A stretch of 64,000 nt of DNA from an uncultured Acidobacteriota bacterium (lineage in GTDB: Bacteria; Acidobacteriota; Polarisedimenticolia; J045), in NCBI GenBank assembly GCA_963702425.1, contig CAVPCQ010000006.1, positions 224,001-288,000 of the forward strand. Direction: 5' to 3'. Shown here in pieces: positions 32,286 through 42,407 of the stretch. A program made the translations under genes and the position numbers. The first letter of the stretch is position 1. Each line of letters begins with the position of its first letter. Below the pieces are notes generated by a model. That model was not told the DNA's origin and ran no database searches. It saw only the letters and a program-made list of their open reading frames with translations.

Positions 32286-32975
32286 GTGCTTCGCTGCCGC
32301 GGCGTGATCTTCGACCTCGACGGAACGCTGGTGGACGCGTTCGCCGCCGTCGCGGACGCGTTGAACGCGGCGCGCGCCGCGTATGGCCTGCCCCCGCAGC
32401 CGCTGGAGGAGGTCCGGCGCCAGGTGGGCTGGGGGCTCGTCGACCTGCTGACGAAGAACGTCGGGCCGGAGCGCGTCGGTGCAGCGACCCGGCTGTTCGA
32501 GGAGCACTACGCGGCCCACCACCTCGAGCGCACACGGCTGCTCCCCGGCGCCCGGGCAGCCCTCGAGGACCTGGCGGGCCGGGGCGCCCGGCTGGGGGTC
32601 GCATCGAACAAGCCGCCCGCGTTCACCCGCGAAGTGCTGGTGCGGCTCGGGCTCGCCCCGTTCCTCGGCGCGATTCTGGGGCCGGGCCCCGGGATCCCGC
32701 CCAAGCCCGATCCTGCGATGCTTCGCGAGGGGTGCGCACGGCTCGGCACCGCGCCCGCGGAGACGCTCTACGTCGGCGACATGCCGCTCGACGCCGAGTC
32801 GGCGGCCCGGGCCGGCATGCCCCTCCTGCTGGTGCCGACCGGGGCCGCTCCAGCCGCGGAGCTTGGCCGCGTTCCGGGTGCGCGTCTGGCGCGGAACCTG
32901 CTGGACGTGGCGGCGCGGGTGGAGGTCGCGGCGCCGCCGGACGGCCCGCCGGAACCGCTCGTCGACCCCGCGTGA
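32286..32975 (+). CDS. HAD-superfamily phosphatase (phosphoglycolate phosphatase-like)
   Basis: IFDLDGTLVD, SNKP, KPDP, YVGD...D. Confidence 0.88.
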   Translation: MLRCRGVIFDLDGTLVDAFAAVADALNAARAAYGLPPQPLEEVRRQVGWGLVDLLTKNVGPERVGAATRLFEEHYAAHHLERTRLLPGARAALEDLAGRGARLGVASNKPPAFTREVLVRLGLAPFLGAILGPGPGIPPKPDPAMLREGCARLGTAPAETLYVGDMPLDAESAARAGMPLLLVPTGAAPAAELGRVPGARLARNLLDVAARVEVAAPPDGPPEPLVDPA

Positions 32976-33043
32976 AGTTCCGTCTTGACGGCGCCTGCCG
33001 AACGGAGTAACAGAGAGGTCGAATCACGCACAGGGAGGTCGCG

Positions 33044-33496
33044 ATGACGATTCGACGCTTCGTACTCTGGTCGCTCCTCGGTGCCCTTCTGATCAGCGCC
33101 GGGGCGGCGCTGGCCGCCGGTCCGCTGCCCCCGAGCAAGCCGCCTGTCCGCGGGCTCGATCCCCTCTGGTGGTACACGCCCGTGAAAGGCGACGCCTTCC
33201 TCGACGTGATCGCTTCACCCCGGCGCGGGCCACCCGACACGAGCCAGCCCCCGTGGCAGGTCGTTCCGATCGATCCGGGCGGTTCGAACCCCAGGCGGGC
33301 CAGCGGTACCAACCGAGGCCCCGCGGCGGGGAAACCCTCGGTCTCCGCGTCGCTCGCCTCGCCGGGGAGCAGCTTGAGCGGGAACGTCGGCGCCTCACAG
33401 AGCCTGGCGAGTGGAGCGACGTCCGCTCCGGTCCGGCCCGACGCCCGGGACGTGCGCCGGGAACTGGAAACGGCGCGCCGCGCGCTGGGCCTCTGA
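33044..33496 (+). CDS. Exported low-complexity hypothetical protein
   Basis: GGGAGG RBS, clear signal peptide, Pro/Ser-rich body. Confidence 0.6.
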   Translation: MTIRRFVLWSLLGALLISAGAALAAGPLPPSKPPVRGLDPLWWYTPVKGDAFLDVIASPRRGPPDTSQPPWQVVPIDPGGSNPRRASGTNRGPAAGKPSVSASLASPGSSLSGNVGASQSLASGATSAPVRPDARDVRRELETARRALGL

Positions 33497-33502
33497 CCCG
33501 CT

Positions 33503-35947
33503 TCAACGGCCTTTCAACGACCCCGTCACCAACTCCGACTCCGCGGTCCAGGCCGCGGGGTCGGTTTCGTTTCCGGGAGTCAACAGGACCAGGAACGCTC
33601 CCCCTTCCGTCACGAGCGTCGCAGCGCGGCGCGGCGGCCTCCCTTCCTCCCGCTCGGGGGGGAACTCCGCGCGTTTCAATGTCCGGCCCGGCGAGGAGCG
33701 CAGCGGCCGCCAGGGGACCGTGGGCGCACCCCACTCCCGTTCCAGCTCGCGGCACCGGGATTCGACCTCCGCCGGTGACCCGAGCCGCAAGACCACGATC
33801 AGCGACCCGCGATCGTTTCTCAGCGTGACCGGGAAGCCGTCCGCGCTCGTTCCGTTCAGCGTCGCCCGGTACCCGCGCGGCACCAGGAACCGGATCCCCT
33901 CGCCGACGAGCGTCCCCTCGCGGGGGTCCGCTGGCGAGTGCGACGCGGAGTGGCGATCGAAGCGGACCCGATAGCGGCGCGCCAGGTCGTAAGGGGGGGG
34001 CGGTGCCTCCGATTCCCCGGCCCGCGCGGTGATGGCGATCCAGAGCGGGGCGAGGCTCTTCTCCCCGGCAGCGATCGGCAGCCCGATCTCCAGTTCGCGC
34101 GCGCCGATCCGGACGCGGTGCACGAACCAGGTCCCGGGGAACGCGGCCCCGGCGAATCGCGCCGTAGTCGCCTCACCGGGGAGCCCGGCGGCCCGGCGGG
34201 CCGGCGTGAGATCGGCGCTCGCCAGCCGGCGCGCCTGCGGATCGGTCCGGGGGGGAGCGATTTCGGACCCCCCCGCCAGCGGGGAGACCGCCGCGATGGT
34301 TCGCAGGTCGACCCACCCGGCCCAGCCGACGCCGCCGATCCGGACCGTCGTGCCGACCTGGTCTTCGAACGAACCGCGGAGCCAGAGGACCGTCTCGGGC
34401 CCGGCGGAGTCGTCGCGGAATCCGCGGTCGACACGGGCCGCGACCACCCCGGGAGGAAGCTCGATCACCAGTCCCTCGCCGGCCCCGATTCGGCGCCACG
34501 GCTCCTCGCGCTCGCGGTGAGTCCGCTCGGCGAGGAACGCGGCCGGAATCGGCCAATCGCAGGGGGCCGCAAGCCGGTCTCCCGGCGGGTTCGCGGCCGG
34601 CTCGAGCGCGGCGACCTGCTCGGCCAGTTCCCGAGCGGCCTCGTCGCCGCAGGCACCACCGCAACCGGCGTTTCCGGCCAGACCCGCGACCCAGATCTCG
34701 CGGGCGCCACTCGTACCGGTGGCCGCGAGGCGGTGTACGGTGACTGTTGCCCTCCCCTCGGCGCCGATCGAGGCACTCCAGCTCGTCCGCTCGCAGCGCG
34801 TTCCGGCCCGCGCGGTGAGGCACGGCCCGGGGGTCTGCTCCCGTTGCGGCTCCCGTCCCGCCAGCAGGACCTCGCGCACGAATCGCTCGCTCGCCGCCGC
34901 GTCGTCGGTCCAGCTGCGGCCCGGATCGCACACCGCAAGCTGGGTGTCCCCGGGAAAGCGCCGGAGGAGCGCCGCTGGGGGAGAGCCGCTGAGTCCCGCC
35001 GGCGGTTCGACGGCGCTCCAGCCGGGGAGCAGGGGGGCGCGACCCCAGGCCCCCTCGATCGCAGCGGCGGGCGCGATTGCGAGCAGCTCCGCCAAGCGGG
35101 TGGTGATCGCCTCCGGGCTCTCGCCCGGTTCCGCCGCCAGGGCGGCCAGTGCCAGATCGTCCAGCCCCTCCCGCGCAGCGTCGTCTGTCCAGCCCTTCCC
35201 CGCCGCGAGCCGGGACGCGATCCGGCGCGCCGCGGGCTCCTGCTCCGCGATCCGCGCGGCGAGGCGTTCCGCCTGCGCCTGGCCTTCCGTGTCCGGAGCC
35301 CCGGCGAGCAGCGCCAGCGCCGCGCGCCAGAGCCCGGCCTGCTCGAGGTCACGGACGAGCTTCATCCGGCGAATCGCCGGCTCGCCGCCGAGCGCGAGGG
35401 CCTGTTCCTCGTCGAAGGCCGCGAGCAGCAGGTCGCCCCGCGCGCGCCGCGCGGCGGCCGCCTCGGCCCAGGCGCGGTAGTCCGTAGACCTTGCCGCCAC
35501 CGCGGCTTCGGCGCGCCCCACCGCCCCGGCGTCTTGTCCGGCGGGCGGCTCGCAGGTCAGCGCGGCCGCACGGATCGCCGCCTCCTCCGCCGCGACCGCC
35601 TCTTCCGCGGAGCCCGCCGTGCGCACCGCGACGAGCGCCGCGAAGCGAGCGCCGTCGGGGTCGCAGACCTCGATCCGCGCGGCGGCAAGCGCCGTCCACG
35701 CCGCTCCGGCAAGCGGATCGGCAGCGACGGCGCGCTCGAGCAGCGGCTCCGCCTCCGTGGGGCGTCCCGCGCGCAGCACGGAGGCACCGCGGTCGTACAG
35801 CTCGATCGATAGGAGGCGGCCGGGGTGCGGCGTGGCGAGCCGAGAGACACCCGCCGTCGTCTCACCCCCGGCAGCCCGCGCGAGTTCCGCGGCCACGGCA
35901 ATCGCGCACGCGGCCACTCCGCGCCACCGCTGCCACCGGGGGCTCAT
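33503..35947 (-). CDS. Exported TPR-containing hypothetical protein
   Basis: Signal-like N-terminus and TPR-like helices (AEPLLERAVAADP..AWTALA). Confidence 0.6.
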   Translation of the reverse strand: MSPRWQRWRGVAACAIAVAAELARAAGGETTAGVSRLATPHPGRLLSIELYDRGASVLRAGRPTEAEPLLERAVAADPLAGAAWTALAAARIEVCDPDGARFAALVAVRTAGSAEEAVAAEEAAIRAAALTCEPPAGQDAGAVGRAEAAVAARSTDYRAWAEAAAARRARGDLLLAAFDEEQALALGGEPAIRRMKLVRDLEQAGLWRAALALLAGAPDTEGQAQAERLAARIAEQEPAARRIASRLAAGKGWTDDAAREGLDDLALAALAAEPGESPEAITTRLAELLAIAPAAAIEGAWGRAPLLPGWSAVEPPAGLSGSPPAALLRRFPGDTQLAVCDPGRSWTDDAAASERFVREVLLAGREPQREQTPGPCLTARAGTRCERTSWSASIGAEGRATVTVHRLAATGTSGAREIWVAGLAGNAGCGGACGDEAARELAEQVAALEPAANPPGDRLAAPCDWPIPAAFLAERTHREREEPWRRIGAGEGLVIELPPGVVAARVDRGFRDDSAGPETVLWLRGSFEDQVGTTVRIGGVGWAGWVDLRTIAAVSPLAGGSEIAPPRTDPQARRLASADLTPARRAAGLPGEATTARFAGAAFPGTWFVHRVRIGARELEIGLPIAAGEKSLAPLWIAITARAGESEAPPPPYDLARRYRVRFDRHSASHSPADPREGTLVGEGIRFLVPRGYRATLNGTSADGFPVTLRNDRGSLIVVLRLGSPAEVESRCRELEREWGAPTVPWRPLRSSPGRTLKRAEFPPEREEGRPPRRAATLVTEGGAFLVLLTPGNETDPAAWTAESELVTGSLKGR

Positions 35948-35953
35948 GGAACG

Positions 35954-36787
35954 CTATCCGGAGGCTGCCGGCGCGTCGGGAACGACGGCGCCGACCGCCT
36001 CGATCGCCTCCGCCAACAGGGCACGGCGGGTGGCCAGCAACCCGCTGCGGTTGGTGGTGGCCTCGGTGTTGTAAGGCACGGGCCGTCCCCACACGTCGGT
36101 GAAGATGCCGCCCGCGAGGCGCATCAGCGCGTCCGGAGCGCAGGCGTCCCAGTGCCGCGAGCGCCGACCGAGCGAGAGATAGAGATCCGCTTCACCGGTC
36201 AGGACCAGCATCGCCTTGCGACCGACCGACCCCGAAGCGACGATCCGCGATGCTCCCAGGCGGCGCGCCACCGCGCGAGCGCGCGATCCGGCATGACTGC
36301 GGCTCAGGGTGACGACCGGTCCCTGCCCGTCCGCGATCCCCTCCGGCAGCGGGGCCAGGGGGCGCCAACCCTGCGGGTCGAGCAACTCGACCCCGTGTCC
36401 TTCCGCGCCGAAGACCGTGCGCCGCTCCGGCGGCAGGTGGATCACCCCCAGGACCGGTCGGCCCTCGACCGCGAGCCCGATCATGACCGCGAACTCTGGG
36501 ACGGCGTCCACGAACTGGCGCGTGCCGTCGAGCGGGTCGACGAGCCACAGCCGCTGCGCCCCGAGACGGCCCAGGTCGTCCGGCGTCTCCTCGCTCAGGA
36601 TCGCGTCCTCGGGAAACGCTTCGGCGAGGCCGTCTCGGATCAGCCGGTCGGCAAGTCGATCGCTCTCGGTGACGGGACCCTCGTCACCGGGCTTGAACTC
36701 GACCGCGAAGGCGGTGCCGAACGCGCGCAGAATCTCGTCGCCGGCGCGACGCGCCAGCTCGACCGCTACCTCCAACTCGCGCCGCAC
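35954..36787 (-). CDS. Inositol monophosphatase family / CysQ-like phosphatase
   Basis: VTESD, ILSEE, WLVDPLDGT, WDACA. Confidence 0.88.
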   Translation of the reverse strand: MRRELEVAVELARRAGDEILRAFGTAFAVEFKPGDEGPVTESDRLADRLIRDGLAEAFPEDAILSEETPDDLGRLGAQRLWLVDPLDGTRQFVDAVPEFAVMIGLAVEGRPVLGVIHLPPERRTVFGAEGHGVELLDPQGWRPLAPLPEGIADGQGPVVTLSRSHAGSRARAVARRLGASRIVASGSVGRKAMLVLTGEADLYLSLGRRSRHWDACAPDALMRLAGGIFTDVWGRPVPYNTEATTNRSGLLATRRALLAEAIEAVGAVVPDAPAASG

Positions 36788-36806
36788 GCCACGATTGTAG
36801 CGCGCG

Positions 36807-37577
36807 TCAGGAGGGATTCCCCGGCCGCGCCGCGGCGCCCGGTTCCTTCACGGTCGCGACGATTCGCAGGACCGAGCCGGCCGTCGCGGCCGGATCGCTG
36901 GTCGAGATGGTGATATCCGCCTTGAACGTCCCGACGGGCGCTCCCGGCACGAGCTCGACCGTGACCCAGTAGTCGCCGGGGCGTTCCACCAGCGCCCCCC
37001 GGACTTCGCCGGTCGCCGCAGCCGTAGCCCGGGAGGGCTCGAGCTTCGCTTTCAGGTTCGGGTTGGAGGAACTGACGCCCAGCACCTTGAGACCCTCCAG
37101 GTGCGGACGGAGGAGCACCGTCTCGGTCCGCGCCTCCCCCCGGAGGGTGTACATGTAGACCTGCGCGCGCGGCAGGAACTCGAGCGCGGTCACGACGTTG
37201 AGCTTCATCTGCAGCACCGTGCGCTCGGCGTTCGGAGCGTCGGTCATCACGGTGATCGTCTTCGAGTGCTTGCCCGACGCGAGGGTCTTGGTCTCGATCT
37301 TGAACTGGATCATCCCGGAGCCGCCGGGCGGGATCGGCGTCTTCGTGAAGTCGAGGATCGTGCAACCGCACGTGGGATGAACCTCGATGATGGTGAGCGG
37401 CTCGTCGCCGTCGTTCTTCACCTGGAACACGTGCTCGATGACGCCGCCGTGCTCGATGTCGCCGGCCTCGAACGCCCGCTCGGGGAAGGATGCCTTCTTC
37501 TCGGCCCATGCCGGTGCGAAGGCCACCGTCGCCAGCACGAAACCCGTCAGCAGGACCGTCGACAAGCTGCGCCGCAT
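36807..37577 (-). CDS. Exported DUF1573-type Ig-like protein
   Basis: Signal peptide, then FQVKNDGDEPLTI..PTCGCT...IPPGGSG. Confidence 0.75.
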   Translation of the reverse strand: MRRSLSTVLLTGFVLATVAFAPAWAEKKASFPERAFEAGDIEHGGVIEHVFQVKNDGDEPLTIIEVHPTCGCTILDFTKTPIPPGGSGMIQFKIETKTLASGKHSKTITVMTDAPNAERTVLQMKLNVVTALEFLPRAQVYMYTLRGEARTETVLLRPHLEGLKVLGVSSSNPNLKAKLEPSRATAAATGEVRGALVERPGDYWVTVELVPGAPVGTFKADITISTSDPAATAGSVLRIVATVKEPGAAARPGNPS

Positions 37578-37765
37578 CGATTCGCTCCTCGTGGCGCGGG
37601 CCCGGCCCGCGCGGACTTGAAGATACCGGGAGCCGCCCCGCCGCGCCCGCGCGAGGTCGCCAGGCCCGCCCCCGCTCCCTCGACAGACGGCCATCCAGCT
37701 CCGGGTCAACAGGTTACGGGGACTCCCCCCCCAATGCCCGGGAGCTTGCCGGCAGGGCGGGTCGA

Positions 37766-38974
37766 TCACGGCGCCGGTCGGGGCGAACCCTTCCGTCCCA
37801 GCGCCTCCCCGAACGGCTCCACCAGGACCTCCGCCTGCCAGCGCCGCAGGCCGACCGCGACCAGTCCGGCGGGGTCAGCCGGGGGGGCGTGCGCCACCGC
37901 GCGGAGCGCGGCGCTGGTGCAGAGCTGGCTCGGCGGCAGGCCGAGTTCCAGGGCTACGCGATCGCGCGCCTGGCGCAGCGCCTCGAGCCGGCGCCGCTCG
38001 TCGCGTGGTGGCTTCGGCTCCCGCTCCGGCCGCTCGGCCGGGCGCGCCGGCGCCGCGCGCCCGCGTCCGACCGCCTCCAGGAGCGCGTGTTCGTAGCGGC
38101 GAGCGACGCGCTCTGGCACGCCGACCGCGGCCAGGTCCGGCGGCGCGTCCTCGGGCTGCCGTGCGAGCGCCAGGAGCGGTTCCGGCGCGATCACGTGGAT
38201 CGCCGGCACCCCGCGCGATGCGGCCTCCCGCTCGCGCCACAGCAGCAGTTCGGCGAGGACCGCCCGGGCCCGCGGCGAGAGCGCCTGCGCCCCTTTGGCG
38301 CGCAGCAGCAACCGGTCGGCGTCGAGCGGTGCCGGGTCGCCCGGTTCGACCTCTTCCAGCCGGCGGCACTCCTCGTCGAGCCACGCGCTCCGTCCGAGGG
38401 CCGCCAGCCGCGCCCCGAGCGCATCGCGCATCGCGAACAGGACCCGCACGTCCTCTCGCGCGTATTCCAGCGCCGTGCCGGACAGCGGGCGGCGCGCCCA
38501 GTCGGTGCGCTGCGCGCGCTTGTCGAGCGTCGCGCCCGCGAGCGCTCCGGCCAGCGCGGCGAGGCCGGTCTGCTGCTCGCCCACGAGCTGCGCGGCGCGC
38601 TGCGTGTCCCACAGCCCGTGGGGCGCGATCCCGGCGTCGCGCTTGAGCAGCCGGACGTCGTAGTCGGCCCCGTGAACGATCGTCTCGAGCGCTGGATCCC
38701 CGAGCGGTCCGGCCAGCGGTTCGAGTCGACCGGCGAGCGCGAGCGGATCGACGAGCGCGCCAGCGAGACCGGCCGGTTCCTCCCAGGCCAGCTGGATCAG
38801 GCAGAGCCGGGGCCGGTAGGCATTGAACCCGTCAGCCTCGGTGTCGAGCGCGAGCCGGGGCGCAGCGTGCAACCGCCGGACGAGGGCCTCGAGCGCAGCC
38901 GGCTCGGCGACCCAGTCCGCGGCCGGTCGCTCCCCTCCCCCTCCACGCTCGCTTGCCCCTTCGGCGCCGGTCAC
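37766..38974 (-). CDS. rnd: Ribonuclease D (3'-5' exonuclease + HRDC)
   Basis: ALDTEAD, LCLIQ, HGADYD, WDTQ, TDWARRPL..YAREDV. Confidence 0.88.
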   Translation of the reverse strand: MTGAEGASERGGGGERPAADWVAEPAALEALVRRLHAAPRLALDTEADGFNAYRPRLCLIQLAWEEPAGLAGALVDPLALAGRLEPLAGPLGDPALETIVHGADYDVRLLKRDAGIAPHGLWDTQRAAQLVGEQQTGLAALAGALAGATLDKRAQRTDWARRPLSGTALEYAREDVRVLFAMRDALGARLAALGRSAWLDEECRRLEEVEPGDPAPLDADRLLLRAKGAQALSPRARAVLAELLLWREREAASRGVPAIHVIAPEPLLALARQPEDAPPDLAAVGVPERVARRYEHALLEAVGRGRAAPARPAERPEREPKPPRDERRRLEALRQARDRVALELGLPPSQLCTSAALRAVAHAPPADPAGLVAVGLRRWQAEVLVEPFGEALGRKGSPRPAP

Positions 38975-39003
38975 CTAGTGTCTCCTCCTCCCGAAGGAAC
39001 GAC

Positions 39004-39747
39004 ATGAACCAGAAGAACAAGGGGCCCGTCAAGGCCTACCGGAACTCGGAATTCCTCAACAGCCGCGACGCGCGGGTGATCCGCCTGCTGGCCGAGTACC
39101 TCGAGCCCGCCTACCGCTTCGAGCGCTACAACGTCGAGGACACCATCGTTTTCTTCGGCTCCGCGCGCGCCAAGCCAGAGGACGAGCCCAACCCGCGCCT
39201 CGCTCGCTACTACCGGGAGGCCGAGGAACTCGCCTTCCGGATGACCGAGTGGTCGAAGGCGCTCGGCCACCCGCGGCGGCGCTTCATCATCGCCTCCGGC
39301 GGCGGGCCCGGGATCATGGAGGCCGCGAACCGCGGCGCCTCCCGGGCGCGAGGGCTGTCGATCGGCCTGGGGATCAGCCTGCCCCAGGAGCAGGGGATCA
39401 ACGAGTTCGTCTCACACGAGCTGGCGTTCGAGTTCCACTACTTCTTCCTGCGCAAGTTCTGGTTCGTCTACCTGGCCAAAGCCCTGATCGTCTTCCCCGG
39501 CGGCTTCGGCACGTTGGACGAGCTGTTCGAGATCCTGACCCTGGTCCAGACCGGCAAGACCTCCACCCCGCGGCCGATCGTCCTCTACGGTCGCGCGTTC
39601 TGGGACGCGGCCGTGAACTGGGACCTGCTGGTGGAATGGGGCGTGATCGACCGTCCCGATCTCGACCTGTTCCGAATCGTGGACAGCGTGGACGAGGCCT
39701 TCGCCTATCTGACCGAGGAGCTGGCCCGCCGCTACGACCTGGGGTGA
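39004..39747 (+). CDS. LOG family (lysine decarboxylase-like) phosphoribohydrolase
   Basis: FFGSAR, SGGGPGIMEAANRG, FHYFFLRK, PGGFGTLDE. Confidence 0.92.
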   Translation: MNQKNKGPVKAYRNSEFLNSRDARVIRLLAEYLEPAYRFERYNVEDTIVFFGSARAKPEDEPNPRLARYYREAEELAFRMTEWSKALGHPRRRFIIASGGGPGIMEAANRGASRARGLSIGLGISLPQEQGINEFVSHELAFEFHYFFLRKFWFVYLAKALIVFPGGFGTLDELFEILTLVQTGKTSTPRPIVLYGRAFWDAAVNWDLLVEWGVIDRPDLDLFRIVDSVDEAFAYLTEELARRYDLG

Positions 39748-39856
39748 GCCGAGGGGCGGCCGGAAGCGCGCGCTTGCCGGGCCCCCGCCCGATGCGGGAC
39801 AATCCGCCGTCGGCGCGCCGGCCACCCCGCCGTGCGACGCGTGGAAAGGGTCCTTC

Positions 39857-40435
39857 ATGAGGCATCGGGTGCTGTTCGCGTGTTTCGTGCTGATCGCCGG
39901 GGTGCTGCTCACGCTCTCCCCGGCCGTGGCGCAGGACAAGAAGTTCGAGGTCGGTGCCGGGATCCAGTACGACCTGTTCAACTCGCAGATCAACGCGGAT
40001 CCCGCTCCCGGCTGGCACGCGCGATTCGACTGGTACTTCAAGCCCCGCTGGGCGGTCGGCGTCTACTACGAGTCGGTCTCGGGCTCGGACAATCTGCTGG
40101 AGAACGGCGGCTACGACCTCACTCTCGATTTCTACGGGGTGCGCGGCACCTGGCTCCTCGGTGACACCGCAGAGTTCCAGATGCTGCTCCTTGCCGGCGC
40201 CGGGACCGGGGACATGAAGTACGACAACCCGGAGATCAACTCCGACGTGCCGGACTCGGCGGGCATCAACTATTGGTACGACTTCGGTCTCGGCGTCCAG
40301 TTCGCCGCCGGCCAGCGCTGGCGTTTCCGGATCGACGTGGCGTTCCGGCGCTTCTCACCGGACGTCGCGAACCAACTTTCGTCGAATGGGGCCGCGATGC
40401 TCGTTCCCGCCGTCGAGGCCGCGTTCCGCTTCTGA
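39857..40435 (+). CDS. Outer-membrane beta-barrel protein
   Basis: Signal peptide, amphipathic strands, terminal AFRF. Confidence 0.75.
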   Translation: MRHRVLFACFVLIAGVLLTLSPAVAQDKKFEVGAGIQYDLFNSQINADPAPGWHARFDWYFKPRWAVGVYYESVSGSDNLLENGGYDLTLDFYGVRGTWLLGDTAEFQMLLLAGAGTGDMKYDNPEINSDVPDSAGINYWYDFGLGVQFAAGQRWRFRIDVAFRRFSPDVANQLSSNGAAMLVPAVEAAFRF

Positions 40436-40484
40436 GCGGAGGCGCGACCGACGGATCAGCGGGACCGGACAGCGACGCCGACCG

Positions 40485-41633
40485 ATGAGCGATCCCGCAG
40501 CCGACCGGTTCGCCCCGCCGCCCGCCCCGCCCGGCGCCCGGCTCTTCGAGGAGCCCGCGCCGTTCCGCACCACGTTCGGGGCGGAACTGCCGGGCTACGC
40601 GCTCGCCTACGAGACCTGGGGCGCGCGCTCTCCGGAGCGCGACAACGCGATCCTGCTCTGCACCGGCCTCTCCGCCTCCTCGCATGCCCACAGCAGCGTT
40701 GCCGACCCGGCGCCCGGCTGGTGGGAGCGGATGATCGGCGAGGGCGCCGCGCTGGATACGCGCCGCTACTTCGTCATCTGCACGAACGTGCTCGGCGGCT
40801 GCTTCGGCTCGACCGGACCGGCTTCCCCCTCCCCGGCGGATGGACGGCCCTACGGGCTGCGCTTCCCGCTGGTGACGATCTCCGACTTCGTCCGCGCGCA
40901 GGTCCGACTGCTGGACCACCTCGGGATCGACCGGCTGCACGCGGTCGTCGGGTCGTCGATGGGCGGGATGCAGGCCCTGGCGCTCGGTGCGCTCTTCCCG
41001 GCCCGCACGGCGCGGGTGGTCGGGATCTCGGCCCCCGGCCGGTCCTACCCGCTGTCGATCGCGCTGCGTTTCGTGCAGCGCCAGGCAGTGATGCGCGACC
41101 CGGCCTGGAACGGCGGCTTGTATGAACCCGGGGCCGGGCCGGTGGACGGGCTCCGCCTCGCCCGGGAAATCGGGACGATCAGCTATCGCTCGGGGCCCGA
41201 GTGGGACCAGCGTTTCGGACGCGAGAAGGTGCGGGAGGTGCCGAGCGATATCGGCCCGGACTTCCAGGTCGAGGCCTACCTGGTGCGCCAGGGCGAGCGC
41301 CTGGTCGAGAGCGGCTTCGATCCCAACTCGTTCCTCTACCTGTCGAAGGCGATGGACCTGTTCGATCTCGGCGAGGGGGCGCCGTCCTACGAGGAAGGGA
41401 TCGCCCGGATCCACGCCCGCACGCTCGTCGTCGGCGTCACGACCGACCTGCTGTTCCCGATTCAGCAGCAGGAGGAGCTGGCGCGGATCCTGCGCGAATG
41501 CGGCCGCGAGGCGCGCTTCGTGCGACTCGACACGGTCTACGGCCACGACGCCTTCCTGATCGACATCGAGCGCTTCGCGGCGATCCTGCGGCCGTTTCTC
41601 GACGAGCCGGCGCCGCGGCGCGGAGGGCGGTAG
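40485..41633 (+). CDS. metX: MetX-family serine/homoserine O-acyltransferase
   Basis: LAYETWG, GWW..IG, NVLGGC.GSTGP, GSSMGG nucleophile elbow, D and GHDAFL. Confidence 0.88.
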   Translation: MSDPAADRFAPPPAPPGARLFEEPAPFRTTFGAELPGYALAYETWGARSPERDNAILLCTGLSASSHAHSSVADPAPGWWERMIGEGAALDTRRYFVICTNVLGGCFGSTGPASPSPADGRPYGLRFPLVTISDFVRAQVRLLDHLGIDRLHAVVGSSMGGMQALALGALFPARTARVVGISAPGRSYPLSIALRFVQRQAVMRDPAWNGGLYEPGAGPVDGLRLAREIGTISYRSGPEWDQRFGREKVREVPSDIGPDFQVEAYLVRQGERLVESGFDPNSFLYLSKAMDLFDLGEGAPSYEEGIARIHARTLVVGVTTDLLFPIQQQEELARILRECGREARFVRLDTVYGHDAFLIDIERFAAILRPFLDEPAPRRGGR

Positions 41634-41639
41634 CGCGAA

Positions 41640-42407
41640 TCAGGTGCGCCCGGCCGCCCCGTCGAGCGCCCGAGGAAACACGCTCCGGCCGGCCAGTCCC
41701 CACTTCGCGGCCCGAAACTGCAGGGACGTCCGGACCACCCCCAGCCCGTAGCGGACCGACCCCGTGAAGTTCACCGACGAGGCCTCCGCGAAGTAGCGCG
41801 TCGGGCAGGAGATCTCGCCGATCCGGAAGCCGGCGAAGATCGTCTGGGCGAGCATCTGGTTGTCGAAGACGAAGCCGTTGGCATTGGTCTCGAGTGGCAG
41901 CGTCTCGAGCACGCGGCGCGAGAAGGCCCGGTAGCCGGTGTGGTACTCGGACAGCTTGTGCCCGACCAGCAGGTTCTGAAAGGCCGTCAGCGAGCGGTTC
42001 GAGACGTACTTCCAGAGCGGCATCCCGCCCGCAAGCGCCCCGACCCCGAGGATCCGCGAGCCGAGCACGACGTCGAATTCGCCGCTCGCGATCATCCCGG
42101 CCATCGCCGGAACGAGCTTCGGCGAGTACTGGTAATCAGGATGGAGCATGATCACGATCTCGGCCCCGAGAGCCAGCGCCTCGCGGTAGCAGGTCTTCTG
42201 GTTCCCGCCGTAGCCGAGGTTCTCGCGGTGGGCGAAGCTCCGCAGGCCGAGCCGCCGCGCGACCTCGAGCGTCTCGTCGCGGCTCTTGTCGTCGACCAGC
42301 AGGACCTCGTCGACGACACCGGGCGGGACCTCGGCGACGGTCCGCTCGAGCGTCTTCGCGGCGTTGTACGCCGGCAGCACGACGACGATCTTCTTCCCGA
42401 CGAGCAT
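41640..42407 (-). CDS. Glycosyltransferase family 2
   Basis: VLPAYNA, VDDKSRD, GYGGNQK, HPDYQY, EYHTGYRAF. Confidence 0.92.
   Translation of the reverse strand: MLVGKKIVVVLPAYNAAKTLERTVAEVPPGVVDEVLLVDDKSRDETLEVARRLGLRSFAHRENLGYGGNQKTCYREALALGAEIVIMLHPDYQYSPKLVPAMAGMIASGEFDVVLGSRILGVGALAGGMPLWKYVSNRSLTAFQNLLVGHKLSEYHTGYRAFSRRVLETLPLETNANGFVFDNQMLAQTIFAGFRIGEISCPTRYFAEASSVNFTGSVRYGLGVVRTSLQFRAAKWGLAGRSVFPRALDGAAGRT

Noticed and set aside
32985-33013. Promoter TTGACG-17 bp-TAACAG upstream of 33044
   Set aside because: The -10 element is weak, with no supporting evidence.
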